In this document: in pieces, positions 47,170 to 61,200 of the stretch
Layout: each line of letters starts with the position of its first letter
Position numbering within the stretch: the stretch's first letter is position 1
From: Eukaryota sp. TZLM1-RC
Taxonomy: Eukaryota; Protista; Metamonada: BaSk clade
Direction of reading: 5' to 3'
Length of the DNA: 64,000 bases
NCBI GenBank assembly: GCA_040285825.1
Contig: JAUPSS010000004.1
Location: 5,423,784 to 5,487,783, forward strand
Made by a program: the position numbers and the translations under genes
The notes under the pieces: model-generated
Told to the model about the DNA's origin: nothing
What the model saw: only the letters and a program-made list of their open reading frames with translations
Databases searched by the model: none

Positions 47170-49075
47170 CAAATGATATGGAGAACCGCTGATTCCGCTG
47201 ATCTTCATTGAAATGCTCCCAGTGCTTACTCTTCTTCCCCTTCTGAAATCAATAATCTTTGTTGTCCGTTCTGCAGAAAAACCGTTAGAAATTCAAGAAA
47301 TGGTCGTACAATTTTGTTATGTACCAATTGTAAAATTGCTGATATTGTTCGACCACCAATTCAGATGCCAGTGGAAACCAGTCCCGCCAATACAATTCCT
47401 TTTTCAATGGAAATGTTCACTTTCACTTCCGAATTAAGAAACAATAAGAGGAATATTTCGTCCTGGAAAAATTTTTCCAGCAATAACAAAAAATGTTTTA
47501 AAAAATTCTGGAATGAAAAGAATCGGAAAATCAAAAGTTATCCAAAAGTTGTGCTTACCTGGTCGTTATGAAGCTGCAAAACAGTCCTTGTTTTCCTCTT
47601 CTTTGGCTGATGCAAATTCTGAAACTCTTGAAAAACTTCAGAAGTTGCATCCTTAAGAAAATTTCAAGTGTATCAAGCCTGATGTTTGTACTGTTTGGAT
47701 TAAAAATTCCAAAGCCATATCAAGAATACCAAAAGAAAAAGTTGCAGGCCCATCTGGAATTTCTTTTGATAAGTTGAAAATAACGTGCTTCAGTGTCCCT
47801 GAAATTGCTGATGATTTTGCCAATTCTTTTCATCAATGAATTGGTTCGAAAATTGATCCTCCATTTGAATTATTATCTGCACGTTTGATTTCTGATTTAT
47901 TTTGCTGATTTATTGGATGTAGAACCAGGAATGTCAAAAATTACTTATTTTCGGCAGCAAATTTTGGTAGTATAGGGTTTACAAAATCTCCTATTTTGTG
48001 TCAATCAGCATTTCTGGGTGGAGGCAAGAATTTTATCTATGATTTTTCTCGTAGATTTCCTGAAGATTCTCATTTGTTAGTTCCCAGTTACAGTCCATAT
48101 TTGAAGGAGTTATCTTGTGAACTCGATAGATTGCCACCACAAATCTGGACAAAATGTTTTCCCTCATCAATTCAAGAAATTCCGAACCGATCTCTTTTTA
48201 ATTTGCAGTTTTGATGTAGAAAGCTTCAACAAAAATTGTCAAAGATTTTTGAAAGCTTGGATTTTGCTGTTAAACTTGGCTTGGTTAAAACAAGAATTCC
48301 GCATTTGCAAATCTTTTACAAGATTTTTGTGATAGTACTTCTTCTGCTTTAGTAACAACAATTCCTCAAGTTTTTCGTACTTTTTTAACTGATTCTTACT
48401 GGACTTTGAATATAAAATTTCGCTCCTTTATCTGATCTGTTGATTTGCCTCATAATCTAATTTGTAAATCCAAATTGTAAACATTTTATTACTTTTAGAA
48501 GCAAGGTTCGCGATGCTGTAAGAGACCAATTATATTGTATGTGTAAATCTCATAAAATTGAATCCTTTTTGGAACCTCTGTTGTCAAATCTGTTTGATAC
48601 TGAAAATGATTTTCATTAGAATAATAGAGGTGATGTCATATTACCTGGATTGGATGGAACCTTCACTTTATTGGATGTAATGTCTGTTGATCCTTGTAAT
48701 GCCTCAAATGAAAGGCTTGTTAATTCTGAAATTCATAATCCTCATTCAAATGCTGAAAATCCCAATCAAAAAATACAGTGAAAAATTGTCCACCCAGGAG
48801 CATGCACAATACAATTTGTATCCATTTGTTTTTTCTTTATTTGGTTCATTTGCTCCCACGGCTATACCCTTTTTGGCAGAATGTCAAATTATTGTAAAGA
48901 GAAGAACTGACAGAAATTTCAACAGATTGTTTTGGCAAAATAGAATTGTGTTTTCTATATTTAAGATGATGTTGACAATGGTTTCTGATGCTTTGCTCTT
49001 TCTTGGAAATCATCAAAGTAGAGTTGCATCTAATTGTTTTGTTAGGGAAAGATGGATTATTTAAATGTTGGTTTC
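47170..49075 (+). mobile_element. CRE-like non-LTR element, internally deleted and degenerate
   Basis: N-terminal Cys-rich segment, GPSG, CQSAFLGGGKNF, RGDV, YPFVFSLFG, FWQNRIVFSIFK. Confidence 0.75.
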
Positions 49076-49204
49076 AAATTACATTTACATATACATATAT
49101 TATAGATATATTACATTATTATATCATTATCATTATCATTATTATTATATACATATATTGAAATTTCTTTGAACTACATTTTTATTTATTTTCAAAAATA
49201 CAGA

Positions 49205-49950
49205 CTAAAAATCATTATCTTCAAAACAAGCTTCAACACCATCAAAACGTACAACGGCAATGTTTTCGTAATGAGCACTGACAGACATCAGAGCTTTCGA
49301 AATCATTAAGAAATTGCTTTAAAAATAATAAAAACAACACAATCCAACCACAAAAGACGAGCAAAACGCTCAGTCAGTTTTCTTTTTACAAGATTTTCAA
49401 AATCATCAATAAAAGTCATTGCAGTTTTTCCAAGACGTCCATACAAAGATATAGCAAAGAAGCAAATTTGGTGATCAGCATGACGAACATGTTTCAATTC
49501 TTTTGAAGAATTTGGGTGTTTCTATCGTTTCTACAATTCTGAATCATCAAGGCAAGATACTTCGGTGTGCATTTTTCAAGGAATTTTTCTTGCAAACATC
49601 CACTTTTACGACATCAACAACATTCAAGACATCATTAAATGAAGGCAAAACAACATCAGCACGTCGTTTTCGTAATTCTGAATCTCTTACGCTTTCATTT
49701 ATATCAAGAGACCTCAGCAAAGGTTCTACAAATGCTTCGAAATAATAGGATTTGCACATTGCATGGATTTGATCTTTGACAGCATCATGCAAAGTGGAAC
49801 GAAGAAATAAATCTATTGCAATTGAATAAATGTGATAATGTCAAACCAGCTCCACATTTGCAAAACAGATCATTGGACAATTCAAAACCCCATAAGACAG
49901 CAACGCATTCTCATAGCTGTGGTCCATTGATCGTCATTTAAAAATATACC
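49205..49950 (-). mobile_element. CRE-like 3' fragment (related to 34240-35530)
   Basis: HDAVKDQIHAMCKS..EPL..RRADVV..VVDVV. Confidence 0.75.
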
Positions 49951-49984
49951 ATTTTTTTTCGATACATAATTTATTCAAACAAAT

Positions 49985-51335
49985 TATTAAAATCAATCTC
50001 CTCATACTCCACATCTACAACAGAAAACTTACCTACAGCCTTTTTTCATAAAATTTTCCTAGTGATAACAACGAGCAAGAAACAAGGCTATGCATACCCT
50101 TAAAAATGGAAAATACAATTCTATTTTGCCAAAAGGTTCGGTCAAATATTCTTCCAATTCTATTTTTGACAATAGTAGAGAAATCATCTAGAAATGGTAA
50201 AGCGGTTTTACCTAAGGTTCCAAATAAAGAAAAAACAAAAGGACAAAGATGGTATTGAGTATGTGAGTTGGAAATCAGATTATTGGTTTTTTCTGTGTAC
50301 TTGATAATTTTCGCTTCTTCGGCCCTTCGTAAAGGTGAGTTATAAGATTGTGCCAGTTTTTCAGTTGAACTGTTTGATACATCAATAGATCTGACATCAA
50401 TAATACTCATTGATCCATCAAGTCCGGGAACTAGCACATCACCACGGCTGTCACCAAAAAAAATTTCTGTCAAATTCATCAGCCAAACTTGAAAGCAAAG
50501 GTTCTGAAAAAGATTCAATCTTGTAGGATTTAAACATACAATAAAGCTGATCACAAACTGCATCATGCACTTTTGATCTAAAAGTAATAAATCGATTACA
50601 ATTAAATATATGGGTTGGAGTGACAGACTTTCCACATTGACATGTTAATCCATGAGGAAGATTATCAGGCCAAATAAAAGATCGAAGACGCATAGATAGT
50701 AAAAAACAAGAGTCATTGTGAAAAAACCATAAATTCTTGGTACTTGATGAATTGAACAAGAAGCAGAACTCGCAAACATACAGTAAAAAATTTGCAAAAG
50801 CGGGATTTTTTTGCTTGGTCATGCCAAGACGTACTTCATAATCCAAGCCTTCAATTATTACTGTCAGTTTTTGTTGAAGCTTCTTCACACAATACCTTAA
50901 GTTAACTAAATTTTGTGGAGGAATCTCTTGAACTGAGTCGGAAAGCATTGACACCAAATATTTTTGGTGCAATTTTATTAATAGCAACATCAATGTCATA
51001 CAAGTATTTTGAAAATGATGGACTAAGCAAATGAATATCTTCAGGGAAACGATTAAGAAATTCAAAAATAAAATTTCTACCACCACCAACAAAAGCTGCT
51101 TGACAAAGAATTGAAGGTTTGGTAAAGCCAACACCACCAAATTGTGAAGAAGAGAACAAGTGAGCTCGAATTAGCCCAGGATTCACTTCTAATAAGGAAG
51201 CAAAGAAAGTTGAATGAAGTTGATTAAATGATCGGCAGAAATCAATAGACAATGAAGGTGCTGTCGATCTCAATAAGTGAGTAATTTTTCCGGAGTAACA
51301 AATTTTTAAGATAAAACACTTGATATGTTCTTCTA
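49985..51335 (-). mobile_element. CRE-like non-LTR 3' part, frameshifted
   Basis: AAFVGGGRNF, CQCG..HIFNC..HDAV, SRGDV, FWQNRIVFSIFKG. Confidence 0.8.
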
Positions 51336-51594
51336 TTTTTTATTGAGAAATTAATTGAAGCTCATTACCAAGTTTTGCAACAATGTCGTTAAGATTTTTG
51401 GTACACCATAAATGTGGGGAATTTGGTTCAACAAGAATGCAGATGAACTCTCCTTAAAATGAATCAAAAATTTGCAAAAGCAGGATTTTCTTGCTTAGCC
51501 GTCCAAAGTCGAACAATAAAATCCTTTCTTTCAAATTTTTTCAAAAGATGCCTTTGGAGTTTTCCAACGCATATTTGAAATCCCTAATGATATT

Positions 51595-52090
51595 TATTGA
51601 ACATACACATTTAATTAAAGTAATTCATAACTAATGGGACGACTATCATTGAAGCAAGATTTCCTCTACAAAATCTTGATCTGCATGCTGTCTAGCTAAA
51701 GCTTCTCTTAATCGATTGAAAAACCGAGGTAATCTATTAATAATGGCAAATTGAATCCGGGTACGTCATAAAAAATATCAAATTTTTTCATTGTTTTTTC
51801 TTGAACCATTTTTTGGAAATCATTCATAAAAGTTTCTGCATCAACTGATAATCTTCCGTTTATCGAAAATGGAAAAGCAATAAAACTAGCTGTGTATTTC
51901 TACCAGCGTTAGCTTCTTTAATATCTTTGTCATATTTTCTATGTTTCTCTTTTGCTTTAAAATACAGAGCAGCCACAGGAGTAAGTTTTCTTTTGTGAAC
52001 CAAAGTATCATTTGCAACATTACATGAGACAAAGTCAACAATAGCTTCAGAATTATCAATCCTATCACAGTATACATCACCTCTGTCATC
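51595..52090 (-). mobile_element. CRE-like 3' fragment (family of 35630-37915)
   Basis: DDRGDVYCD.IDNSEAIVDFVSCNVAND near-identical to that family; the same 3' UTR follows. Confidence 0.85.
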
Positions 52091-52149
52091 ACGCAATTTT
52101 GAATGAAAATAAACTTCTTTCTGGTATTTCTTGAATAGCTATAGGGAAA

Positions 52150-52865
52150 CATGTTAGCCATAATTCAGGAGACAAACTTGATACTTCATCTCTTAAGTTA
52201 TTCAAAAAAAGGTATTTGTTGTTTCAAGCATATTTTCGGCAAAAATATATCTTCTAGAAAAATCCAAAAAACAAAATTTTTTTCCACCACCAATGAATAC
52301 GGTTTTGGTCAAATACTTTGATGAATTAAAACCAACACCGCCAAGTTGAACATCAGAAAAAAATTGATTTTTCAAAATTGTTGGATCAACTGGCATTAAA
52401 AATGCTAAAAATTCTGTACGTATTTTGTTAAAATGTTTACAAATATTGTAGGTTAATGATGGAGGTAACGATTGAAGCAAATGGGTAATTTTTCCAGCAT
52501 AACATATTTTCAAAAGAAAAAACTCAAGATGTTTTTCCAGTTCAAGGGTCTTGATGACTTCAAGCTCTTTCTTGATAGAATCCAAATAGTTATTAAGTCT
52601 ATCAAATGTTTTTTCAGCAGAAACTAGTTGAAGTATAATCAATTAATGGTACTGCCATGGAATTAATTATTAATTTAACGTTCCTTCTAGAAATACAGAA
52701 ACATTTTTGAATGTTCAAATCAAGACCTATGGATTGATATAATGTAGCAGCTTCGTTAGCAACTTTTTGAATTATACTTTCGGAACCAATACAGGAAATG
52801 TCATCCATATAGGCTATCACTTGAAGGTCAGAAATTTCTTCCTTTAGATTTTTCAAAATCGGATG
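52150..52865 (-). mobile_element. CRE-like RT fragment
   Basis: VIAYMDDI, LKICYAGKITHLL, FIGGGK. Confidence 0.75.
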
Positions 52866-52940
52866 TATTGCAAGACAAAAAAGGAAATATATTTAAAAGA
52901 AACAAAAAACTCGAAGGTCAATAAATCTTGTCGACTTTCA

Positions 52941-53780
52941 ATGAAGACGTTTATCTGTGTGCTGTTTGTTGCTGCTGTAACAGCTTCCTCTCTGTTAGGT
53001 ATCACAAATGACCACCGCCAGTCCAAAATCGTTCAAGTTGACACTTCTACTGGGGAGTTTTCGTTGAAGTGCCCATGGAGCTTTGGTATTCACTCTAGAG
53101 GTCTCGTGGTAGATCAAAAGTCTGATCGAATGCTTGCCGCTAGTATCTTTGATCGCACAACAATGGTATGGACATATAAACTTGGAACGTGTGATGTCAT
53201 TGAAACATTCTACCAGATCCCCGTTGGTAATCCTCTTGGTTTCCGCTGGTCCGACAAGGATAATGGTTTTTACCTCGCTGCATTGTCTAGCAACCACACA
53301 TTAGCAGTTTATTTTTCTCCATATGGTGGTGGAATTAAAGAAATTGCTCGAATCTATGACATTGTGGGTTGTGGAAGTGGATTAGACGGAACTGCACTCA
53401 GTGATGACTACTTCGTTGTGCCTGCCATTACTGCCAACGAAGGAAAGCGTACTTTCATTATTGATCTCAGAAAGAAAACGGTACTTGGTTCTTTGGAGAA
53501 GAGATTCAAGGACCTCTCCTTCTCTAAAGACGGCACAAAGCTGTTTCATGCTCACTCTCGTAACTTATATACTGTTGCACCCGATGGTAAGGAACACATG
53601 TACTGTGAAGGGGTGTTTGAAAAGATTCCTACCAGAGGAGGCTTCTCCCTGACAGAAAACACTGCCTATATCGTCACTTCAGATTATAAGGGAACTCACT
53701 TGTATTCGGTTGATCTTAAAACCTGTGAAAGCAAGCATGTTGAGCTTGAACAAGGTATTGAATATGTCACACCTGAATAA
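52941..53780 (+). CDS. Secreted protein, probable beta-propeller fold
   Basis: Signal-peptide-like MKTFICVLFVAAVTA; repeated beta-strand motifs (IVQVDTSTGE, FIIDLRKK, LSFSKDGTKLF, LYSVDLKT). Confidence 0.7.
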   Translation: MKTFICVLFVAAVTASSLLGITNDHRQSKIVQVDTSTGEFSLKCPWSFGIHSRGLVVDQKSDRMLAASIFDRTTMVWTYKLGTCDVIETFYQIPVGNPLGFRWSDKDNGFYLAALSSNHTLAVYFSPYGGGIKEIARIYDIVGCGSGLDGTALSDDYFVVPAITANEGKRTFIIDLRKKTVLGSLEKRFKDLSFSKDGTKLFHAHSRNLYTVAPDGKEHMYCEGVFEKIPTRGGFSLTENTAYIVTSDYKGTHLYSVDLKTCESKHVELEQGIEYVTPE

Positions 53781-53809
53781 GGGTTGAATAAATGTAATTG
53801 AATTGTATT

Positions 53810-54412
53810 CGATGCTAGAATTCCGAACGTTCGCAATTCTTCCGAACTAGTTTTTGTTCATTTACACGTGTCAACACAGTTTTGTTTAATGATGTTTTCC
53901 CAAATCCCAATTTCATCTACTACAATAGATTTCATTGTTTAAAAATCTGTATTCATACATAAATCCCCTTCTTTACATCAACTTTCTTCAATGCCAAAGC
54001 ACCCTGCTTACAAACATCTGGACAACGTTAATTACGATAAAGTGTCCAAAAATATTACTTCACAGTGCCGCTGCTGCAGTAAAATGCTAAAAGGTTCAGC
54101 CCGTCGCTTTTCCTCCCATTTCATTAAGGAGTATAGAGCTAAATATACCTTATGTACTCAATTCTCCACCATTTCTGTCAAGGATATAAACACTGTCCTG
54201 GGTTAAAGACCTACATTTAGATGTTGTAGAACTTTCTGAATAAAAGTTGACTTTGTTGGTTGATAGTGAGTGTAATAGTCTAAGGAAGGAGGAGATAAAC
54301 AGCGTTTTGACATTAATGAATCAAAACGAGATGCCGAACTAACCGAACGTAACAGTAGGTGCCGAACGTTCGGCCGAACGTACGCCGAACTAGTTCATTA
54401 ATTCTAACATTG
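53810..54412 (+). mobile_element. hAT-like deletion derivative with BED zinc-finger ORF (53991-54206)
   Basis: TIR CGATGCTAGAATT versus revcomp CAATGTTAGAATT; subterminal CCGAAC repeats at both ends; HPAYKHL..CRCC..GSARRFSSHF..C. Confidence 0.65.
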
Positions 54413-54899
54413 TACAATTTGTATTTGAATCATTTATTGAACATGCACACTTAATTAAATTAATTCATAACTAATGGAACGACTGACATTGACCCAAAAT
54501 TTCCTCTACAAAATATTGTATTTTGAATTCAAAGAATTATTTTTTCGAAAATTGGCCTTCGACTCGACTTGTTTTTATGTGTTGTACTTTCAAGTTTTTC
54601 AATTTCATCAAAAGTTGATGGAATTAAAATTCAAGCCAAGTTATATCCAACTGATGCTATTCGTCATTTGGCTTTGTCTTTTGGAGTAATGATGAAGTTA
54701 CCAAGGAAATGTTTGATAAGTCGAATTTCTGAGAAAATTGACCAAATGATGAAATTAGATATACAGAAACAAATCAAATTTATTATTATAAGACTTTGTT
54801 TCAATTCCAATTGTAATCATAAATGTCGATCTACAAATCCTATTATCACTGGGTCTTTTGCCCAGAAGTACAGTGAATTACGTGCAGAAGTGTTGTCCC

Positions 54900-55100
54900 A
54901 ATTACAAAGATGTAGACCAAGCTACCATTTTGTGGTCCGATGGTACCCTGTCGTCCCAACCTGTAGATACCGTCAAGAATACTGTAGCTTTCCAACGATA
55001 CTCAAAGATGTTGAATCTTGATAAACTTAGAAGAAGAGGAAAAAGAAGAAAGAAGAGGTAGTGTTGGCTCCTCGCCATAGTTAGTTAGTTATGAAATAAG
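54900..55100 (+). pseudogene. Gypsy 3' end remnant (chromo-like tail, PPT, start of LTR) nested in a CRE fragment
   Basis: ATILWSDGTLSSQPVDTVKNTVAF matches CQVQWPGKEITTEHLSTVQNTAAY; followed by purine tract AAGAAGAAAGAAGAGGTAG|TGTTGGC. Confidence 0.6.
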
Positions 55101-55282
55101 ATGTCCCAAATTCCAGACCATGCTTTTCTTGGTCCACACTATGGCGGATTATGTTGGACTAACGCTCAGATCTTACTTCGTGTGCTCTGTCTGAAATGCA
55201 ATATTTGAATTTTCTGAAAGATTAACAGACTGGGAACATTTATTAATGCCAACGCAAAGTTCTACTATTTTTGCATTAGATG

Positions 55283-58200
55283 TGATGGTCTAGGTGAGTT
55301 AGTGTCAGACATACAGAGTAAAAGTAATGAAATTTATTACAAAGAGGAATTGCATTCTCTCTTTTTAAACTAATAGGCGGAATACTAATAAACTAACTAA
55401 ATAACTATAAATACTATTCAAGACTAACAGTGCCTTTTCCTCTCTTTCGAGCGACGAGCCCTGGAAGCTCTAGTCACAGGAGGTGAACTAATGGAATTGG
55501 TACGCTTCTTGGGAGGAGCGGATTTAGTACGGCGACGTGCTTTTGAAGTCTTGATGAAGTCTTTATACGCGGCAGTATTTTGGACTGTAGACAAGTGTTC
55601 AGTGGTGATCTCTTTTCCAGGCCATTGCACTTGGCAAAAGTCACCGTCCTGACTGAGCACCTTTTCGATGATGTGTTCTTCGACATCACCTGCAGTGACC
55701 CAGGAGTGGAACTCATCGTTGGTGGGCAAGCTGGAGTGCCAGGGTGCTAAATGTTTGACGCTAGCTTGGACGATCGTACCGGTGCAGAGATTCTTAATAT
55801 TCACAGACGAATTGGATACGATTTCAGTAATTAGGAAGGGTCCTGAATAGTCTCCATGAAGCTTAACGGAAGAGCCAGATGCTCTCAATACCAATTGGCC
55901 AACTTCAAAAGGGTTTGGAGTTGTCGATCTAGTTAGCTTGGAAGCTTTGGAAGCTTGATGGTGTGCTGCCTTTTCCTGTTTCTCTTTCAACCTTCGAATT
56001 TTAGATTGAATTTCTTGAATAAAAAGATGATTCAGACGTCGAGCTTTCAGGGATTTCAAGAATCTTGCCAGGGTCTGATCTAGGAGACACATCTGAGCCA
56101 AAGATCACTTGGTATGGAGTGTGGTTGGTTATTGAGCTCTTGGAAGAGTTGATCAATAATTGCACATAAGGCAAGTATTCAGACCACACATCGTAGGCAT
56201 TGAAGTCTACGAGCAATTTCCTCAGGTTTTGCAGGATGTCTCTGTGTCGGCGCTCTACCAGGCCGTTGGACGGAGAAAAACCTAGGTATTGACTTTGACA
56301 CCTCTATGCCCAAAAATTTGCTTAATTCGTCAAAGACAGCCTTGGAAAATTCGGGTCCATTATCGCTGTGGATTTGAAATGGAATACCAAAGATGGCACA
56401 GACTTTCCAAATTAATGCATCTGCAGTAAGATTGGCATTTATCTCTTTTAAAGGCACGATGATCGTGAACCTAGAGAAGCTGTCAATAAATACGAGGATG
56501 TATTTGTAGCCTTCTTGATCTTCTGGAAGAGGACCAATAACGTCGGCGTTGACGCGAGCAAAGGGTCTGTCAGCCCACAATGAACCGGTTGGGGGAACAT
56601 GCAGTTTGGGAACTGGCTTAGTTTTCTGACAGGAGGGGCATTCTTGGACGTGCTTATTCATGTCGGTGAGCATGTTTGGCCACCAATAATCGCTGTTCCT
56701 GAGCTTGTTCAGGCTTTCAGCTTTGCTTGGATGACCTCCTTGCAGCAGTCCATGCAACAAGTTAAGGGTGTCCTTAATGAGTGATTTGGGAATCACTATC
56801 TTGTTGTCGTGAGTCATATATAAATCAAGATGATTGTTATGAACACAGTTGTTGAAAGAGGGGTCTTTGGAAGCTATGGCAAGCTTCTGTTCGGACCTAA
56901 TCCTACAGAGCCATGGCTCGAAAATAGGCAGGTCGTTGGAACATCGTTCTCTGATGACCATGATACGTTCGAAGTTGTTTAAGTCTTCGATGTAGTATCT
57001 TTCATTTTCTGTTCCATCAATTTTATCGATGTAAAATATTGGATGAAGATTTGGAGACATTTGATGAGACAATTGATTGATTTCTTGATGGCCTATAGGC
57101 GGAACTATTCGAGACAACATATCAGCCCAGAAGTTATCTTCCCCTTTGGTATGTACCAAATCGAAGCAGAATTCAGAGAATATGGGTAACCATCTAGTTA
57201 CAATTCTGTTCTTCTCAGGAGCCGTGAACATGTAGGTGAGGTTTTGATGGTCTGTGAATATGACCAGTTTCCTTCCTTTCAAGTAGTTTTCAAAACCACT
57301 TTGAGTTAACATGAGCAGGATGGCATAGAGTTCCTTTTGATTTGTTGGCCAGTTCTTTTGCGAGTTGGTTAACAACCGGCTGAAGAAGCTGATAGGCCTA
57401 CATTTCCTGTTGATCAGGGGGGTACCGGGGTCGTCGACTTGTTCGATTTGTTCCCATATGACACCGCCTATAGCTATGTCGGACGCATCGCAACTAATTA
57501 AAATTTGGTTTTCCAGAGGAGGTAAGCTGAGTGGCATGTGCTTCGCTATCAGTTGTTTGATCTTTTGAAGAAGTCCGTCGTGCATGTCGGTCCATTGAAG
57601 GCGTTGCGCGGGGGGTTTGGGTTTAACGTTGGAGTGGTTTCCCTCCTTCTTAGTCAATTTGATGATAGGAGCGATGAGCTCAGATACCTGAGGAAGCCAT
57701 TCTCTAATAAAGTTGACTGATCTTACGAGGCTGCGGACGTCTTTGATTGTCTTTGGTCTAGGTAGATTCAACAAAGATTCAACGCGAGTGGGATCGATAG
57801 TCCGTTGTTTGTTTTGGAAAACACTGCCCAGTATCTTGATTGGGTGTTTGAAAGACACGAAATGGCACTTTGGAAGTCCCAAGGAAACTCTTTTGCATCT
57901 GGCTTGATCAAGGACGCGACGGAGGCGTTCAATGAATTTGTCAAAGGTTGAACCTATGATTATGATGTCATCTATCTAAATGAAGACACCGTCTTCAGAG
58001 AAGATGTCAGCCATGACGTTTTGGAAAACGGCTGGGACATTCTTTAGGCGAAAAGCTGCACGTTTGAACATGATACTTTTGCCGGGAATGCTCAGGGCTG
58101 TTTTCTGCCAGTCCTTTTCAGCAATCTTGAGTTGCCAAAAGGCTTTGGGGAGGTCAAGGGTGTTTATGTAGTTTGCTTGGGAGAGAAATACCAGCACGTC

Positions 58201-61200
58201 GGAGATCCTTGGAAGGTTGGGCTCAACAGGAATGGTGTTGGCGTTGACTCCGTCCTTGCCACTATAATCACCGGTGAGGCAGGGCTAACGGTGATCTGGG
58301 TAGACCACTAGACAGACAGGGGAGCTGAACTCATGGTTCGATGGAACAGCAAATCCTGAGTCTACGAGTTCTTCGAAAATTTGGTTAGCGACCTCTAGCC
58401 TGGCTGGATTCAGGGTCCTGGGGGGTCTTCTAACTCTGACGTCTTCGTTGTAGAAGTTGATTTCCATGGGAGGGCAATCGATACCTTCAGCATGAGGCTT
58501 GAGGGTAAATACGTCTTCGAACTCTTTCAAAGTTTGAAGTAGGGACTTCTTGAAATGGTCGTTGTCGAGGTTGATGGTACAACCAGATGAGTTGATGTGT
58601 TCCAACCAACGTGTGGAAACGTTGACGACTTCTGAAGCTTGTGATATTCGATGATCGAATTCGGCTTCAGGTAATAGTAATGTGTGACAGGCGTCGTCCA
58701 TTCTAATATAAATGCCCTTGTTGTTCATCAGTCCAAGGTGACTCAGCAAGTCAGCACCAATGAGAATGGTCTCATGTCCAGGAACGATGCTGAACTTGTG
58801 TTTCACATGTACAATCTGGGTAACACTGCCTAGTCTAATGCTAAGGGTTCCAGAAGCAGTACCAAGGGACTGTGAGGTAGTTCCATCAGCAATCTTGTAG
58901 GATATGGTTTCGTTGGAACGTGCCATGTTACAATTACTGATGATGTCTTCCGTGACTACTGAGCATGTTGCGCCAGAGTCGATTATGCCTTTAACTTCAA
59001 CATTGTTGATCGAGAAGTTTAATTGTAGGCAGTTGGTTGTGGACTTTATGGATTGTACCATAAATATTGTATCAGAATCATGTTCAGCTTGTTCTGAGAA
59101 GAAATTAGCTTGAATGTTGTGTGTCTTGATATGTTCCAAGTTGGCCAAAGGATTGATTAGGGAATCTTTCCATGTTGTATTTTCTGTGTGGGGATGTGTT
59201 GTAGTTGTATGGGGTATGGTTTCAAAAATGCGTAAATAGTGACGGGAACGTTTATTATAAGATGAAGAGCCTCTGCCTCTGCCGCGAGTGCCTCTTCGAC
59301 TACGGAAACCAGAACCTCTAGAACCTCTGCCTCGAGCTTGTTGTTGAGCTTATTGCTCTCTCCACTTTTTGCTTCTTTGGCAGTCCTCACTGGGGCACCT
59401 TTCAGTCGGATGACCCATTTGTTTACAGAAATTGCATTGTACGTTGGACTCAGACTGAGTGGAAAACGGTTGAGTAGAGCTTCCTTCTCACCGTTGTTGT
59501 TTTGGGCGCCTGCCAGAGCTGGAACCTCTTGGTTTGGGGATAGCAGGGGGAGAAGGTACCGTCTGTCTGCGACGGTTCTCAGTCTGAAATGAGATTCTGT
59601 TCTGATACAAGAAGTCCACGTGATTGATCTGCTCCTTAAAAGATCTAGCATTACAAAAGTTCTCGTATTCTATTTGAAGAACACTGAAGAATTCTCCTAA
59701 AGTGTGGCCATCTGAATAGTAATGGGAGGGATTGGACCAGATCCTGAGGAGTCTGTCCCTAATAATGGTGATACCGATGCTTTCGATGACGTGAGAAGCA
59801 ATTTCCCATTCGGGAAGTCGGTCGACGGGGTTTCCGTGGATGGTGATGTGTCTCATATGTTGAGTCAGACCACGAACGTCTTGGATAGCGGTGGAACGCG
59901 TTAAGACTCTACCTATGTTAAGCATGAAGTCTATCCATTTGTTACCATAATCTCTCTCAGACCAGTCCATGTTTACAGCATGAAGTGCGTCTAAGGCTTG
60001 ATCCAGTCTGCTGAATTGGGTTCTCCTTAGGATCTGTTCCCAAATGTTGCGTTCATCTCTGCTGGTTGGGATCATGGTAGAGGAAATTGAAAGGCCAGTG
60101 CCTTGGTACCTTAAAGCATTGAGAGCTTCGGGTGTAACGCATTCAGCTAAGCCTCTGGGACTAATGCGCATGGCAGATCTGAAGAGATCCCATTCATGAA
60201 TTGGTTCACTGTCGAACCGTTGATCAGATGCCAGTTCTGCTGATCTAGCTAGTTCAAGTTCTTCGCGAAGTCTAGCAACTTCGCTGGCCAAAGCAACTTG
60301 GGCAGGATCCTCGATGTTGCCTCGAGCCTCGTCTACAATTCTATCCGTGCGACTCCAGAGGATAAACTTGTTAATAAACTTGAGGAGTTTATCAACGTTT
60401 CTTAAATCAGTCGCGTCGAGAGTTGGACGTTTGGGGCGGTCTCTGCGTCTATTGTCCCTATCTCTTGATCCCACCATGGAAGATAGGAGAAGGTTACTAT
60501 CGTAAGTACCTGAGAAAGTAGAACGTGAAGAACTAACCGTGGAAGGTGTTGGTTGAGCCGCATGTTGTGAACTTGTTGAACCAGTGGAAGGAGGTGTGGG
60601 TGGAACCACTGATTGTTCCATAGGCTGTGCAGGTGCTGGAGTTTGTTCCATTGGTGCTAGCACAGTTGGAATTGAGTCTGGAGTTGGGGACTCATCACTG
60701 ACTTCTACTACAACATCCTCTTCAGTTTGTTCCATGGAAGGATTATGCGAGGGTTGTGTTGAGGGTTCTGTAGAAGTTTCCATAGGTTGTTCTGCGGAGG
60801 GTGGAACTTCGCTTTGGTGGAATTCCAGGAGAAGGTTCTGTCTCTTCAATCTGGGCTGGAACCTAATAAGAAGAGATCGCTGGTTGAACCAAGCGTGTTT
60901 TCTCTAAAAGACCTTCTACCATGACCCACTTTAACATCCTGGATTCTATGCATCCAGGGAAAACAGTGACGAGCTGGAGGGCTCTTTGGAGATTACCTGA
61001 TCTCCTGTGGTCAGGACCACAATATGAAGCTATATGGTCGGGACGTCTGTCGTAAAGAAAGAGTCTTTCACCATATGTGGTTTCGGTAAACCACCACCCT
61101 GTTCTATAATGTCTGTCGATAAGGATATCGAGAGATGCGTTGTACCCAGGGCTGAACCTAGGGTAGGGGCAAGGGTTATAGACATTTATGAAGAAGTTCT

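Noticed and set aside
49080-49165. AT-rich (CATTAT/ATT)n tract as telomeric or regulatory repeat
   Set aside because: Irregular low-complexity sequence between two convergent non-LTR 3' ends; probably decayed tails.
54330-54395. CCGAAC repeats as a CRISPR or iteron array
   Set aside because: Irregular 6-mers in subterminal position inside TIRs fit hAT transposase-binding sites better.
15731-59490. Alternative genetic code (stop-codon reassignment) suggested by in-frame stops in ADH and Gypsy pol
   Set aside because: The stops replace different expected residues (Gly, Arg, Tyr, probably Lys). Long host ORFs have no internal stops and end in TAA, TAG and TGA, so point mutations or errors explain them better.
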